Notes: generated by a model not told the origin, from the sequence alone. A DNA stretch of 64,000 nucleotides from Deltaproteobacteria bacterium (GCA_018645265.1 JABGOS010000088.1:11083-75082); one strand, 5' to 3'. Positions 28,914 to 38,176 are shown, numbered from the stretch's first letter. Made by a program: numbers and translations.

Positions 28914-29405
28914 TTAATGAATTGGATATTTTTCGGCAGGAGTATACTGCTTACCGAAGAGAGGCTTTCTGGCGATATAATCCTCATCGACGTCATGCCA
29001 GAAACTCACCTCCATCTCACCATACTGCCATGAGAGGTACACCTCATCGTCATCCAACCACGAATACATTCTTACAATACCGTGATCGGCGTCCTCTACG
29101 ACTACACCTAATGACTCAATGCGATCCAGGTAATAGAGATAATCCTCGGAATGCTCATCAAGGCGCCGCTTGAGATGCCTTATTATAGGGTTGTCCAGCT
29201 TCTCAAGTTTATCGAGAAACTCATCTTCATCGATGTTGATTCCATAGTCGTTGGCCTTCCTGCAAATATTGTTCACATGCCTCTGCACACTTCCAAGCTT
29301 TCCGAAGAAATACTCGAGCTTAGGTACAATGGCATTCGCCTCTGATATGCTGTAGTAACGTCTCGGTTCAAAGACGATATCGTTATCGTGCTCCATCAAC
29401 CACAC
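28914..29405 (-). CDS. Hypothetical protein (possibly DUF2203-like; C-terminal [15 protein letters not shown])
   Basis: 163 aa, acidic. Overlaps the dcd stop by 10 nt, so it is probably co-transcribed. The family assignment is from memory of a motif only. Confidence 0.35.
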   Translation of the reverse strand: MWLMEHDNDIVFEPRRYYSISEANAIVPKLEYFFGKLGSVQRHVNNICRKANDYGINIDEDEFLDKLEKLDNPIIRHLKRRLDEHSEDYLYYLDRIESLGVVVEDADHGIVRMYSWLDDDEVYLSWQYGEMEVSFWHDVDEDYIARKPLFGKQYTPAEKYPIH

Positions 29406-29953
29406 CCCTTTGCAACTGTTATCTCCTTCTGAGCCTGATACTTGCCCTTCTTATCCGCATAGGACACTTCACATGTCTCATCAGCACCCAGAAATAAAAT
29501 TTGGCCTATCCCCTCTCCCGCATAGATCTTGGCAGGATATGGCGTCGTGTTTGAAATGGCGATCGTAGCATGTCCTTCCCACTCAGGTTCGAATGGAGTT
29601 ACGTTTAGATGCACACCGCATCTTGCGTACGTAGACTTTCCATAGCATATGGTGATCACATCCCTAGGAATTCTAAAATACTCCACCGTCTGCGCGAGAA
29701 CATAACTGTTAGGTGGTATCTCACAGACATCACCTTCATAACTGCGAAAATGCGCACTCACATCCATCTTCGGATCCATGATGCCGCACTTTGCGGAATC
29801 AAAGATCTTGAAGTTTCGATCTATTCTAAAATCGTATCCATATGACGACAGGCCATAGGATATGCCATGACGTACCTGTTTCTCCTCAAATGGCTCAATC
29901 ATACCTTTTAGCTCAGCCATTTCCTTGATCCAACCGTCGGATTTTACTCCCAT
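29396..29953 (-). CDS. dcd: dCTP deaminase
   Basis: SSYGYDFRI and the housekeeping 185-aa length. Confidence 0.85.
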   Translation of the reverse strand: MGVKSDGWIKEMAELKGMIEPFEEKQVRHGISYGLSSYGYDFRIDRNFKIFDSAKCGIMDPKMDVSAHFRSYEGDVCEIPPNSYVLAQTVEYFRIPRDVITICYGKSTYARCGVHLNVTPFEPEWEGHATIAISNTTPYPAKIYAGEGIGQILFLGADETCEVSYADKKGKYQAQKEITVAKGCG

Positions 29954-30083
29954 AAATTATTCCCCTAATTTCAAAATTATAAATGATATCCTCTAATGTA
30001 TACGTGGCGCTATACACCCAAAACACCTATAAATTCAAGCTTTGACATCAATCTGATATATATGTTGTATATCAACAAGTTGA

Positions 30084-30782
30084 ATGATATTCATTAAAGA
30101 ATTACAAAATGCTGGGGGAGATTTTTTGAAGAATAAAAGGCAGCTAATAGCGGTTCTAGTGATAATTTTAGGCCTTCTGGGGTTTTATACAGTCTCCAGG
30201 ATCTTCTCTACACCTAGCGTTTCACACCTCAGGTGGCACATTCCAAAGAAAACCGCCTTCATGAAGGATTGTGATACGGAGATTCAACGACAATATGTAC
30301 CCCTATCGAAGATATCTCTCTTTCTGAAGCAGGCTGTCATCTTGGCGGAAGATGATAGGTTCCCGCAGCATGATGGAATTGATTGGAAAGCGATTATGGA
30401 GGCATTCAAAAGAAACTGGAAGAGAAAACGGATAAGCCACGGCGCATCGACTATCACTATGCAACTAGCAAAGAATCTCTACCTCTCCCCCAGAAGGTCA
30501 CCATTTCGTAAAATCAAAGAGATGCTGATCGCCTTGAAACTGGAGCGAGAACTCTCCAAAGATCGCATCCTTGAAATATATCTCAACGTAGCTGAGTTTG
30601 GCTGTGGAATTTTTGGTGCCGAAGCGGCAGCAAAGCACTACTTCGGCGGTTCGGCCAGGTACCTGGACAAGCATCAAGCAGCATTCCTAGCTGCGATACT
30701 TCCTAGACCCTGTTTCTACGACAAACACAGATGGGGAGCCTTCCTTCAAGAGCGCATTCAAGGTATAGAAGGAAGGTTGTAG
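30084..30782 (+). CDS. mtgA: Monofunctional biosynthetic peptidoglycan transglycosylase
   Basis: GT51 motifs EDDRFPQHDGID and GASTITMQLAKNLYLSP. N-terminal TM anchor. Confidence 0.8.
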   Translation: MIFIKELQNAGGDFLKNKRQLIAVLVIILGLLGFYTVSRIFSTPSVSHLRWHIPKKTAFMKDCDTEIQRQYVPLSKISLFLKQAVILAEDDRFPQHDGIDWKAIMEAFKRNWKRKRISHGASTITMQLAKNLYLSPRRSPFRKIKEMLIALKLERELSKDRILEIYLNVAEFGCGIFGAEAAAKHYFGGSARYLDKHQAAFLAAILPRPCFYDKHRWGAFLQERIQGIEGRL

Positions 30783-30824
30783 CCTTAAAGAGTCAGCTAA
30801 ATAGAATTACTTACATCAACAAAT

Positions 30825-30857
30825 AAAAAACCCGGCTAGAAAAGCCGGGTTTTTTTA
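30825..30857. terminator. Bidirectional Rho-independent terminator (A7-CCCGGCT-AGAAA-AGCCGGG-T7)
   Basis: A perfect 7-bp GC stem flanked by an A-run and a T-run. Sits between convergent mtgA and the histone gene. Confidence 0.8.
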
Positions 30858-30871
30858 TCAATAAATATATT

Positions 30872-31051
30872 CTAAATATCACGATCCTTAACCGTCTGAC
30901 GGCCATTATCCTTCGCACGCGCTATGGCTTTATCCAAAAGCTCACGCACAGCATTTGAAAGAGCTTCTACAGCTGTCTCTGAGGTCTGCATCCCCTGTTC
31001 CTTCACATATTCTTTGACCTTCGATACCACTACTAATGTTTCCTTCGCCAT
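30872..31051 (-). CDS. Bacterial histone-fold protein (singlet histone, HBb-like), 59 aa - absent from ORF track (<60 aa)
   Basis: Translation: MAKETLVVVSKVKEYVKEQGMQTSETAVEALSNAVRELLDKAIARAKDNGRQTVKDRDI. Strong RBS (AAGGAGGGGAG then ATG). It has a histone-fold helix-strand-helix with the conserved GR.T...RDI loop, as in archaeal HMfB GRKTIKAEDI. The LVV.SKVK N-terminus matches my recollection of Bdellovibrio HBb. Confidence 0.7.
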   Translation of the reverse strand: MAKETLVVVSKVKEYVKEQGMQTSETAVEALSNAVRELLDKAIARAKDNGRQTVKDRDI

Positions 31052-31331
31052 ACTCCCCTCCTTTGTGTTGTCATAATTTATCGAAGGGCGATTTTTGAGT
31101 ATAGGCGCCGTATTGTCAAATTAAAAAATGGAGTTACTTGGATTGACATCATTTCAATGCTCTGCTAGATTCCCGCGGCCTTTCGGGTAGATAGCCAGAC
31201 AATACGGCGGAAATATCGACAGGAATTTGATAAATGCTGTCTCAGAAGGCTTAGATCTCGGTCCTTGAAAAGATGAAATATTGATAAAATCATGTCCCTA
31301 TTCGAAAGATTCTGCCCTTCTGTCATTTGTT

Positions 31332-31407
31332 GGGCCGCTAGCTCAGTCGGCAGAGCAACGCCCTTTTAAGGCGTGGGTCGAAGGTTCGAACCCTTCGCGG
31401 CTCACCA
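31332..31407 (+). tRNA. tRNA-Lys (anticodon TTT), CCA encoded
   Basis: Cloverleaf: acceptor GGGCCGC/GCGGCTC, anticodon loop CTTTTAA, T-loop GGTTCGAAC. 76 nt. Confidence 0.9.
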
Positions 31408-31475
31408 AAAGACATGAATGATGGCTAGAATCAGTCTGATTTTTATAGCAATTCATGATTTCGCAATATTTCACA

Positions 31476-31547
31476 GACCCCATCGTCTAGCGGTTAGGAC
31501 ACCGCCCTTTCACGGCGGCAGCACGGGTTCGATCCCCGTTGGGGTCG
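31476..31547 (+). tRNA. tRNA-Glu (anticodon TTC), no encoded CCA
   Basis: Acceptor GACCCCA/TGGGGTC, anticodon loop CTTTCAC, T-loop GGTTCGATC. Confidence 0.85.
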
Positions 31548-31558
31548 CAAAAAGCTAA

Positions 31559-31588
31559 GCTCCACCATATGGTGGGGCTTTTCTTTTT
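31559..31588 (+). terminator. Rho-independent terminator after tRNA pair
   Basis: 8-bp stem GCTCCACC/GGTGGGGC with ATAT loop, followed by TTTTCTTTTT. Confidence 0.7.
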
Positions 31589-31688
31589 ATAACCTCCTAC
31601 TTGACCAATCCTTGTATCAAAAATATAATGCGCACCATCATTTGGTGGCTCAAAGTTTGGGGCTACCTCAAATTCGAGGGAGGAATAT

Positions 31689-32219
31689 ATGAGGAAATTA
31701 GTAATCGCACTATCGATCGCCGCGAGCGTGACGATTCTGCTCCCGCAGATCGCTTCAGCAGGAACAGCCATGTTCAATAAGGACATGCAGGGCAGCAAGA
31801 TGGCCCTCGACAAACAGTGCATGCCACCCGCTGTAATGGTTGGTGTCGTCTACTCCGATAGAGGCGGCACAGATGCTATGGATGCTGCATCTGCAATTTG
31901 TTATTCAAAGCAACGCGGAGAATTTGAGATTCCTAACTCTGATTTTGGAGATCGCGCGAAGGTACGTGCTAAATGCAACCGTGATACAGAATATGTATGG
32001 GGTATTGCCTATAAAGACCGTGTCGACAGTGATGAGGCTGATGGCGTTACCGTAATATGCAGAAATAAGAAGAGTGGCTCGCAGAGAATTGTCAATGTAC
32101 CGGACCTTGCAGGTGGCCGTGCGTGGATGCAATTCACTGGAGCAAACGCAATAGGCATCTCCTGTAACGATAGGCAGGACTCCGATTCAGTAGATGGCTG
32201 CACTGTAATAGTAAAATAA
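31689..32219 (+). CDS. Small secreted protein with three internal D-x-DSD-x-DG-x-TVIC repeats
   Basis: Signal peptide (LLPQIASAGTA). Repeats DRGGTDAMDAASAICY, DRVDSDEADGVTVICR and DRQDSDSVDGCTVIVK. GAGGGAGG RBS. Confidence 0.5.
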   Translation: MRKLVIALSIAASVTILLPQIASAGTAMFNKDMQGSKMALDKQCMPPAVMVGVVYSDRGGTDAMDAASAICYSKQRGEFEIPNSDFGDRAKVRAKCNRDTEYVWGIAYKDRVDSDEADGVTVICRNKKSGSQRIVNVPDLAGGRAWMQFTGANAIGISCNDRQDSDSVDGCTVIVK

Positions 32220-32247
32220 GAATCAGCATCGAAAGAACCACATAGAA

Positions 32248-32277
32248 ACCCGGGTCAGTCATGATCCGGGTTTTTTT
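32248..32277 (+). terminator. Rho-independent terminator (CCCGGG stem + T7)
   Basis: ACCCGGG...TCCGGGT followed by TTTTTTT, immediately 3' of the 31689..32219 gene. Confidence 0.7.
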
Positions 32278-32283
32278 ATTTCG

Positions 32284-32302
32284 AAAAAGTGTCGGACACT
32301 TT
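32284..32302. repeat. REP-like element copy 4 (AAAAAGTGTCGGACACTTT)
   Basis: Same core as the RAYT-flanking copies. Follows the terminator. Confidence 0.7.
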
Positions 32303-32452
32303 AATGTGCCTATATATCATATAGATAAGAAATTTTGCGCTATTTAAAAGCTATATCAGAGAAAAGAAACTCACGCAAAAATAGCGCAACAAAGTTATCC
32401 TCTGGCCGATAAGAACCTGATTCATCATATAATGATATATTAGGAGGTTTAA

Positions 32453-33994
32453 ATGTCTAAACTGTTCTCCATCTTAGCACTTATAACAGTGCTTTTCCTT
32501 TCTCCAATGAGCCATGCAGACAACCAAATGACGGAAACGTTTCTAAACGACTTGGACTATCTGCATGAAGTGGGCGGTGACATATATTGTTATTGGGATC
32601 TCAAGAAGGAGATGGATGGGGTCGACTGGGATGAGCTCTATGAAGAGGCACGCTCACAGATGACCTCAGCTACTACGATCAAAGGATACTATACCATCCT
32701 TCGCAAGATGATAGCAGGAGTACACGATGGACATGTCAATATCTCGATGTTGAAAAATCAACTCAGCAATCCATACTATCTACCGCTAAGATTCAAAGAA
32801 GTTGAAGGAAATAAAATCGTAATCTCCGCTATAAAAACGGGAGCTTTTATAGATCAACCGCCCTTCACACTTGGTGATCAGGTCGTCGCTATGAATGACA
32901 TTCCAATAGAGGATGTAATCACGGACTGGCAGCAATATATGTCGGGCTCAACGGAACAACTGAGACGTTTCTATACGATCAAATTCATGCACAACTGGCC
33001 GCCATACAATGAACCTCCAATGAGCAATTCAATTCTCACGATCAAAGATGGAGGGACGACTCGCAAAGTTGAAGTTCCCTGGATCATCTATGACTATAAC
33101 GATGACCCAACATATAAGATGGAAGAGTACCGCATCAACGAGGATGTGGAAGCAAAGATTCTCCCGGGGAATATCGGATATCTCAGAGTGAGCGCAATGT
33201 ACGCCCCTGTGGATGAGAAATACATTCCATATATCAGATCTCAGATGGAGAAACTTCTGAACACCGATGGGCTCATCATCGATGTCCGAAATAATGGTGG
33301 CGGTTGGGGTGAAGTTGGTGATGCAATAATCAGCTACCTAATTGACGAACCTAAAATTCGTTACAAAGCCTCGCCTAGGATGTCTCCTCAGCTATTATAT
33401 GCAAGACCCCACTTTTATTCCGCATTCGAAGCGGACTTTGAAAACGATCCTCTATTTGCAAAATGGAAGGATTTCATCATTGAACCAGCACCCAAGGAGC
33501 TTCGATACAAGGGAGAAGTCATTACATTGATCAATTCAAAGTGTTTTTCAGCATGCGATACTTTCGCTGACAGCATCGCATCAAACAAGCTTTCAAAGAT
33601 GATGGGTACACCGACAGGAGGCGGCACCGGCTATCCAATGTATATTGAGATGCCTAGCGGAATGAGCGTAGCCAGATTCTCAACTACTCGAGGGTATTCC
33701 AACTTTGGCAGGCTCTTGGAGGGCACTGGTACAATTCCGGATATCTACGCCAGACTAACAAATGATGATATTAGGAATCGCCGCGATTCCGTTCTGATGA
33801 GCGCATATGAAATGTTGCTTGGCGATAATCAGCTAACAAAATCACACTCTCTCAAAAACGCAGTCACATATTCATACTCCGGGAAGAAGGAACTAGTTTT
33901 CTTTCCACTCGCCGATGAAGAGATACTGCCTCAGAATATTGAAGAGGAGAGGCTCATCAACCTGAGCAGCCACGAATTTGATGAGCTTTGGTGA
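32453..33994 (+). CDS. Secreted S41-family (tail-specific/C-terminal processing) peptidase
   Basis: Signal peptide. DVRNNGGGW matches the S41 LRNNGGG motif. A PDZ-like segment lies upstream. Confidence 0.65.
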   Translation: MSKLFSILALITVLFLSPMSHADNQMTETFLNDLDYLHEVGGDIYCYWDLKKEMDGVDWDELYEEARSQMTSATTIKGYYTILRKMIAGVHDGHVNISMLKNQLSNPYYLPLRFKEVEGNKIVISAIKTGAFIDQPPFTLGDQVVAMNDIPIEDVITDWQQYMSGSTEQLRRFYTIKFMHNWPPYNEPPMSNSILTIKDGGTTRKVEVPWIIYDYNDDPTYKMEEYRINEDVEAKILPGNIGYLRVSAMYAPVDEKYIPYIRSQMEKLLNTDGLIIDVRNNGGGWGEVGDAIISYLIDEPKIRYKASPRMSPQLLYARPHFYSAFEADFENDPLFAKWKDFIIEPAPKELRYKGEVITLINSKCFSACDTFADSIASNKLSKMMGTPTGGGTGYPMYIEMPSGMSVARFSTTRGYSNFGRLLEGTGTIPDIYARLTNDDIRNRRDSVLMSAYEMLLGDNQLTKSHSLKNAVTYSYSGKKELVFFPLADEEILPQNIEEERLINLSSHEFDELW

Positions 33995-34032
33995 TAGAAC
34001 TCAAATAACTAAACAGCTGAGTGTAATTGGAT

Positions 34033-35361
34033 TCAGGATATGCCCTGTACCTTCTTCACTAAAGGCGCAATAACCTCCTCCAGATGTTTCTCTGATGTTT
34101 CACTTGCTTTGTTTAAGAGCAGCTTAAGTGTAATTGGCCCGATCAATTGATTGATAGTTATAGCGGCTATCATAACAGTACGAAATGTTGCACCCCACTC
34201 GGGAAATACCCTTGCAACTGTAACAACAAGTCCAAGGCCAACGCCTGCCTGACTTACGAATCCCATCCAGCCATAGCGCTTGAGAAGACGCCCTTCCTTA
34301 CCTATACTTGCCCCTGCATATGTACCGACTGCTGTACCAAGAACCCTCAAAAATACTATACCCAAAGCATAAGGCCACATCGTCCGGATGGCAGTGAAAT
34401 CGATCATAGCACCAGCCAAGGCAAAAAATATGATATATACTGCCATTGAGGTGCGCTCTATAGCACCTACCAATCGATCGCCAAGACTCGTAAAGTTTTC
34501 TACTAGAAATCCAGCCATCAAACATGAAAGAAGATAGTGAAAACCCAATAATTTTGATAAAAATACGATCCCCAATGAGACCGTAACAACGAAGATAACG
34601 AACTCACGTCGTATATATTTAAGATAAAGGCCAACCACTACACTGACCGCTACGCCTCCGATCAAGGAGAGTGCGATAACGATGAGTGCCTCACCAATAA
34701 CCCCACCCTTAAGCGTTCCCCCCACCTTTATGGCGTAGGCAATGGCAAGCGCCATGGTAAAACCCAAAAAGACCAGAACATCCTTAATTACAGTCACACC
34801 TATTGTAATGTCGGTAATGCGGCCCTTCGACCTAGACCCAACGATGACAGCGATAGTGGTTGCAGGTGAACATGCAACCGCAACAGCACCAAGCATAATT
34901 GAAACAACGATCAGATCTCTCGTCAAAAGTCCGAAGCTGTTTATATGATACATGGCGAGATAGCTACCACCCATGACAATTGCAAAGATCAATACCGCCT
35001 GTAATACAGATATTGATAATATACTCAGTGCACATTTTTTAAATTTAGATAACTTTATCTCTCCACCAGCGGTAAAAGCTATTAAAGCTAGAGCTAGATC
35101 CTCTACGATTCCAAACTGCAGGACTGTTCCGTGATCCACCAAGTTGAGCAATTCCGGTCCACAGATAATACCCGCCAGGAGATATCCTGAAATACTCGGA
35201 AGTCCTATTTTTACAACGTAGCAACCGGCAATGTATCCGGCAAATATCATAAAACCAAATGCGAGAATGGCCCTAGGCATTGGATCCGCACCGGTAGCCC
35301 CCATAAGGTATTTCAACGTAAGCATAGATAACATCAAGAAGAAGAGAACGAGCACCCTCAT
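34033..35361 (-). CDS. Cation:proton antiporter (CPA/NhaP-KefB-like), paralogue 1
   Basis: 12+ TM segments. GLPSISGYLLAGIICGPELLNLV matches the CPA N-terminal signature. Confidence 0.6.
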   Translation of the reverse strand: MRVLVLFFLMLSMLTLKYLMGATGADPMPRAILAFGFMIFAGYIAGCYVVKIGLPSISGYLLAGIICGPELLNLVDHGTVLQFGIVEDLALALIAFTAGGEIKLSKFKKCALSILSISVLQAVLIFAIVMGGSYLAMYHINSFGLLTRDLIVVSIMLGAVAVACSPATTIAVIVGSRSKGRITDITIGVTVIKDVLVFLGFTMALAIAYAIKVGGTLKGGVIGEALIVIALSLIGGVAVSVVVGLYLKYIRREFVIFVVTVSLGIVFLSKLLGFHYLLSCLMAGFLVENFTSLGDRLVGAIERTSMAVYIIFFALAGAMIDFTAIRTMWPYALGIVFLRVLGTAVGTYAGASIGKEGRLLKRYGWMGFVSQAGVGLGLVVTVARVFPEWGATFRTVMIAAITINQLIGPITLKLLLNKASETSEKHLEEVIAPLVKKVQGIS

Positions 35362-36566
35362 GCTATACCCTCCTCTCTATTGAGGAGGAGCCTGATAAAA
35401 TATGAACTAGCCACACCATTTATGACAAATGCGATAACGACGGCACTGACGACAATCTGACTGATCATCCCAGGATACCTATTTAAAAAATCCAAAGACA
35501 TTGCAATTGATAGACCGCCCTGTTCCAAGAGCGAAAGCCCGAATAAATTTGGATTGCCTTTCATGAGAGGAACCGCCCAAAACGCAACTCGTGAGCCCAA
35601 CATCTTTGCCACAATTCTTATCACTACAAAAAAGAGGGACAACAGAACACAGAATGACTCAAATCCCATCCAGTATGCACCAGCTAGAATCAACATCATT
35701 CCAAAAAGAGGCTTCTCTGCGTTGGATAGGAGGCTTAACAATCTATCCTGATCATCAGAAAAATTATTAAGGACAATTCCAACGATCATCGAAAGAAAGA
35801 GAGGCGATACATCTATTGTAGAAGCTGCACCCGCCAGCATCACCACGATGCCAATCGCTATAACCAACCTTTCATTACTGGACAGCCTCAGCTTAAGGAA
35901 GACGTGATATAGAATACCCAAGAGAAAGCCGAGTCCTATTGTAATCAACAACCATATAAATCCTTGTACAAAAGCCCCTTCCACCATCGTATCCATCTTG
36001 AAGAACGAAAGGGATATCCCAAAAAGAGATATCCCTACAATGGCGTCGGATGCAGATACATAGAGTAGTGTCCTAGCAGTTGTGCCATGAGCCCTCATAC
36101 GTCTGACCACAGCGGAAACAGCAGTAGGTGCAGAAATGCTAGCAATAGCGGCAAGCGCAAATACGACTGGAAGCTCCTCAGACAGTGATAGAAAGAGATC
36201 AGGTTTAAAATAACGCAGGGGCAGCAGAAAAAGGCAGCAGAAAAAGAATACGACCAATGACTGAATAACCGCTATCTTAAAGTTCGCTCGCGATATCAGC
36301 CTCAAACTCTTAACTCTGAATTGAAGGCCAAACATGAGCCCAGCCCAACTGAGTATGATCGATGTTGGAGCGATGAATAGATCGAGCCGTGTTGAGTTCA
36401 ACCAATCCATACCAAGAGGTCCTACGGCCACCCCCATTAGTATGAAACCAACTCCAGCATGTAAAAAACTTGATATAAAGAATGGAAGACGCCAAGACTT
36501 AAAGACCAATCCAGCACCCATGTAGGCGAAAAGAACGAGGATTAGGATAAAGATAATGGATTCCAT
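35358..36566 (-). CDS. Cation:proton antiporter-like membrane protein, paralogue 2
   Basis: Multi-TM. ILMGVAVGP segment. Overlaps paralogue 1 by 4 nt (coupled). Confidence 0.55.
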   Translation of the reverse strand: MESIIFILILVLFAYMGAGLVFKSWRLPFFISSFLHAGVGFILMGVAVGPLGMDWLNSTRLDLFIAPTSIILSWAGLMFGLQFRVKSLRLISRANFKIAVIQSLVVFFFCCLFLLPLRYFKPDLFLSLSEELPVVFALAAIASISAPTAVSAVVRRMRAHGTTARTLLYVSASDAIVGISLFGISLSFFKMDTMVEGAFVQGFIWLLITIGLGFLLGILYHVFLKLRLSSNERLVIAIGIVVMLAGAASTIDVSPLFLSMIVGIVLNNFSDDQDRLLSLLSNAEKPLFGMMLILAGAYWMGFESFCVLLSLFFVVIRIVAKMLGSRVAFWAVPLMKGNPNLFGLSLLEQGGLSIAMSLDFLNRYPGMISQIVVSAVVIAFVINGVASSYFIRLLLNREEGIA

Positions 36567-36580
36567 AATAGGGCATCATC

Positions 36581-36928
36581 TTAGGACGATTTCCCGCCTC
36601 CCCCCTTAAGCCCAATGAACCTTCCAACCGGCAGGGTAAAAAGAACCCCCATACCTTCCTCTTCGAAATCACCACATATCTCTTTAACAAGCCTAACAAC
36701 CTTTTCGACCTGATCCTCATCCGCAACTGATAGGATCATGTGGTTGCCTATATTTCCTCCAGGCATGAGATCACGAAGACCGGCAAAGATAGGCACCTCC
36801 GCCGTAAGAATCTGCCCCATACCACGACTGTCAATAACCGTAGCGCCCTTTATGCCGATGTCGACAAAGCCCGTCAGGATATCGTCCAGAAAACGAGTGT
36901 GTTTTATGATCAATACGATGAGTTCCAA
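36581..36928 (-). CDS. PII-like (GlnB/DUF190 superfamily) signal-transduction protein
   Basis: 115 aa with a beta-alpha-beta ferredoxin-like start (MELIVLIIKHTRFLDDIL). Gly-rich T-loop-like segment. Lies 15 nt upstream of the transporter pair. Confidence 0.55.
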   Translation of the reverse strand: MELIVLIIKHTRFLDDILTGFVDIGIKGATVIDSRGMGQILTAEVPIFAGLRDLMPGGNIGNHMILSVADEDQVEKVVRLVKEICGDFEEEGMGVLFTLPVGRFIGLKGGGGKSS

Positions 36929-36966
36929 TTATCCCCCCGTTCTCTACAAATATCTAAAAAAAACAC

Positions 36967-37434
36967 CTACCCCACACAACGTTCATCTTCCTCTAGAATC
37001 AGTTGCACGAGATCATCTTTATCTTCTGACTGACTAAGCAGCTCTATAAAGATATCCTTGGAGCACAACCTGGATATGCGCGCCAACAGAGCTATATGTT
37101 CATCCACAGCAGCAGGTGGGCTGATCAGCACTATAACCAATTTCACCGGTCTTTTATCTATAGATTTAAAATCGATTGGATCCGCAAGGGTTGCGATTGC
37201 CATGTAGGTTTTATCCAAGCTCTCGATTGTTGCGTGAGGTATTGCCAGCCCCTTACCTATACCTGTAGAACAACTCGATTCCCTCTTCAAAAGCTCCCTA
37301 ACGACGATATCCACATCTATCTTTACACCGGATTCATAGAACTCTTCGGACAGTGTCCTGAATAAGGAATCCACAGATGGGGTATGAACTTTTACAGCGA
37401 TTACAGCATCTTTTAAGAATGGTGCGAGTTTCAT
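36967..37434 (-). CDS. ptsN: PTS EIIA type-2 (EIIA-Ntr/PtsN-like) regulatory protein
   Basis: GIGKGLAIPHAT with the phosphorylatable His. 155 aa. Confidence 0.7.
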   Translation of the reverse strand: MKLAPFLKDAVIAVKVHTPSVDSLFRTLSEEFYESGVKIDVDIVVRELLKRESSCSTGIGKGLAIPHATIESLDKTYMAIATLADPIDFKSIDKRPVKLVIVLISPPAAVDEHIALLARISRLCSKDIFIELLSQSEDKDDLVQLILEEDERCVG

Positions 37435-37476
37435 ATGCGCATTTGAAACCGTGAAGGGACAGGATGTCGAACTCTA

Positions 37477-37493
37477 AAGCGTCCGACGCTTCT
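37477..37493. repeat. Degenerate REP-like copy with compensatory stem changes (AAAGCGTCCGACGCTTC)
   Basis: T>C and A>G substitutions preserve the palindrome (GCGTC/GACGC). Confidence 0.5.
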
Positions 37494-37579
37494 TACAAAG
37501 TGATGTCTATACCCTCACAACTCCAGTATCCTAAAGTACGCAAACTGATATCATGATGAAGATAAGAGGTAAAGCACGT

Positions 37580-38176
37580 CTATACCGCGGGAGTTGTCTT
37601 CTTTCTGCGTCCCCTGACACCACCCTTTGGCATGATGACCGGCTTTACCGTTTCGAATAGCCTTGAATGATCGAACGGTGTGGAAATCCTAAGATCTGCG
37701 CCATTGTTAGGAGCTGTAGGTCCGGAAACTACGGCAACTTTCACATTCTTAAGCGAGGGTGCCATGTGAATGCTTTTGCAAGCCTTTGTGGCATCCAAAC
37801 CGGTCAGTGATGTATTTAAGATAACAAGATCAGGTTTCATTGACTCAATTAAAATACCTGCTTCGAATATATCATCCGTATTACGAACCTCGACGTTGTT
37901 TCTGTGAGTATGAAAGGATTCCTGAAGGCTGCGACTGACTTCCCCATCCTTGTCGACTACCACAATCTTCTTCTTCTCAGGATCGTGCTTGTCATTTATG
38001 GGCAAAGCATACTCGCGAGAAAAGCTCTCAAGATCGTCAATATTTATTCTAAGATGACCACCGGCAGTTCTATAAGCGGAGAGAAGTCCCCTCTTAATCC
38101 AATTTTTGATAGTGTTATAACTTACATTACACAGTGCAGCTGCTTCAAATGTTGTCAGTATTTGCTTGTTGGCCAT
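37580..38176 (-). CDS. HTH (MerR/excisionase-type) DNA-binding protein fused to a receiver-like domain lacking the phospho-acceptor Asp (pseudo-receiver)
   Basis: N-terminal LTTFEAAALCNVSYNTIKNWIKRGLL. The receiver-like fold has DLVILN where DLVILD is expected. Confidence 0.5.
   Translation of the reverse strand: MANKQILTTFEAAALCNVSYNTIKNWIKRGLLSAYRTAGGHLRINIDDLESFSREYALPINDKHDPEKKKIVVVDKDGEVSRSLQESFHTHRNNVEVRNTDDIFEAGILIESMKPDLVILNTSLTGLDATKACKSIHMAPSLKNVKVAVVSGPTAPNNGADLRISTPFDHSRLFETVKPVIMPKGGVRGRRKKTTPAV

Noticed and set aside
29396-29953. dCTP deaminase as an anti-phage nucleotide-depletion defence gene
   Set aside because: It is the housekeeping 185-aa size with no fused kinase or extra domain. 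Defensive dCTP deaminases are much larger multi-domain proteins.
31487-31822. 111-aa minus-strand ORF
   Set aside because: It overlaps the tRNA-Glu gene and the promoter or start of the signal-peptide gene on the other strand, so it is spurious.
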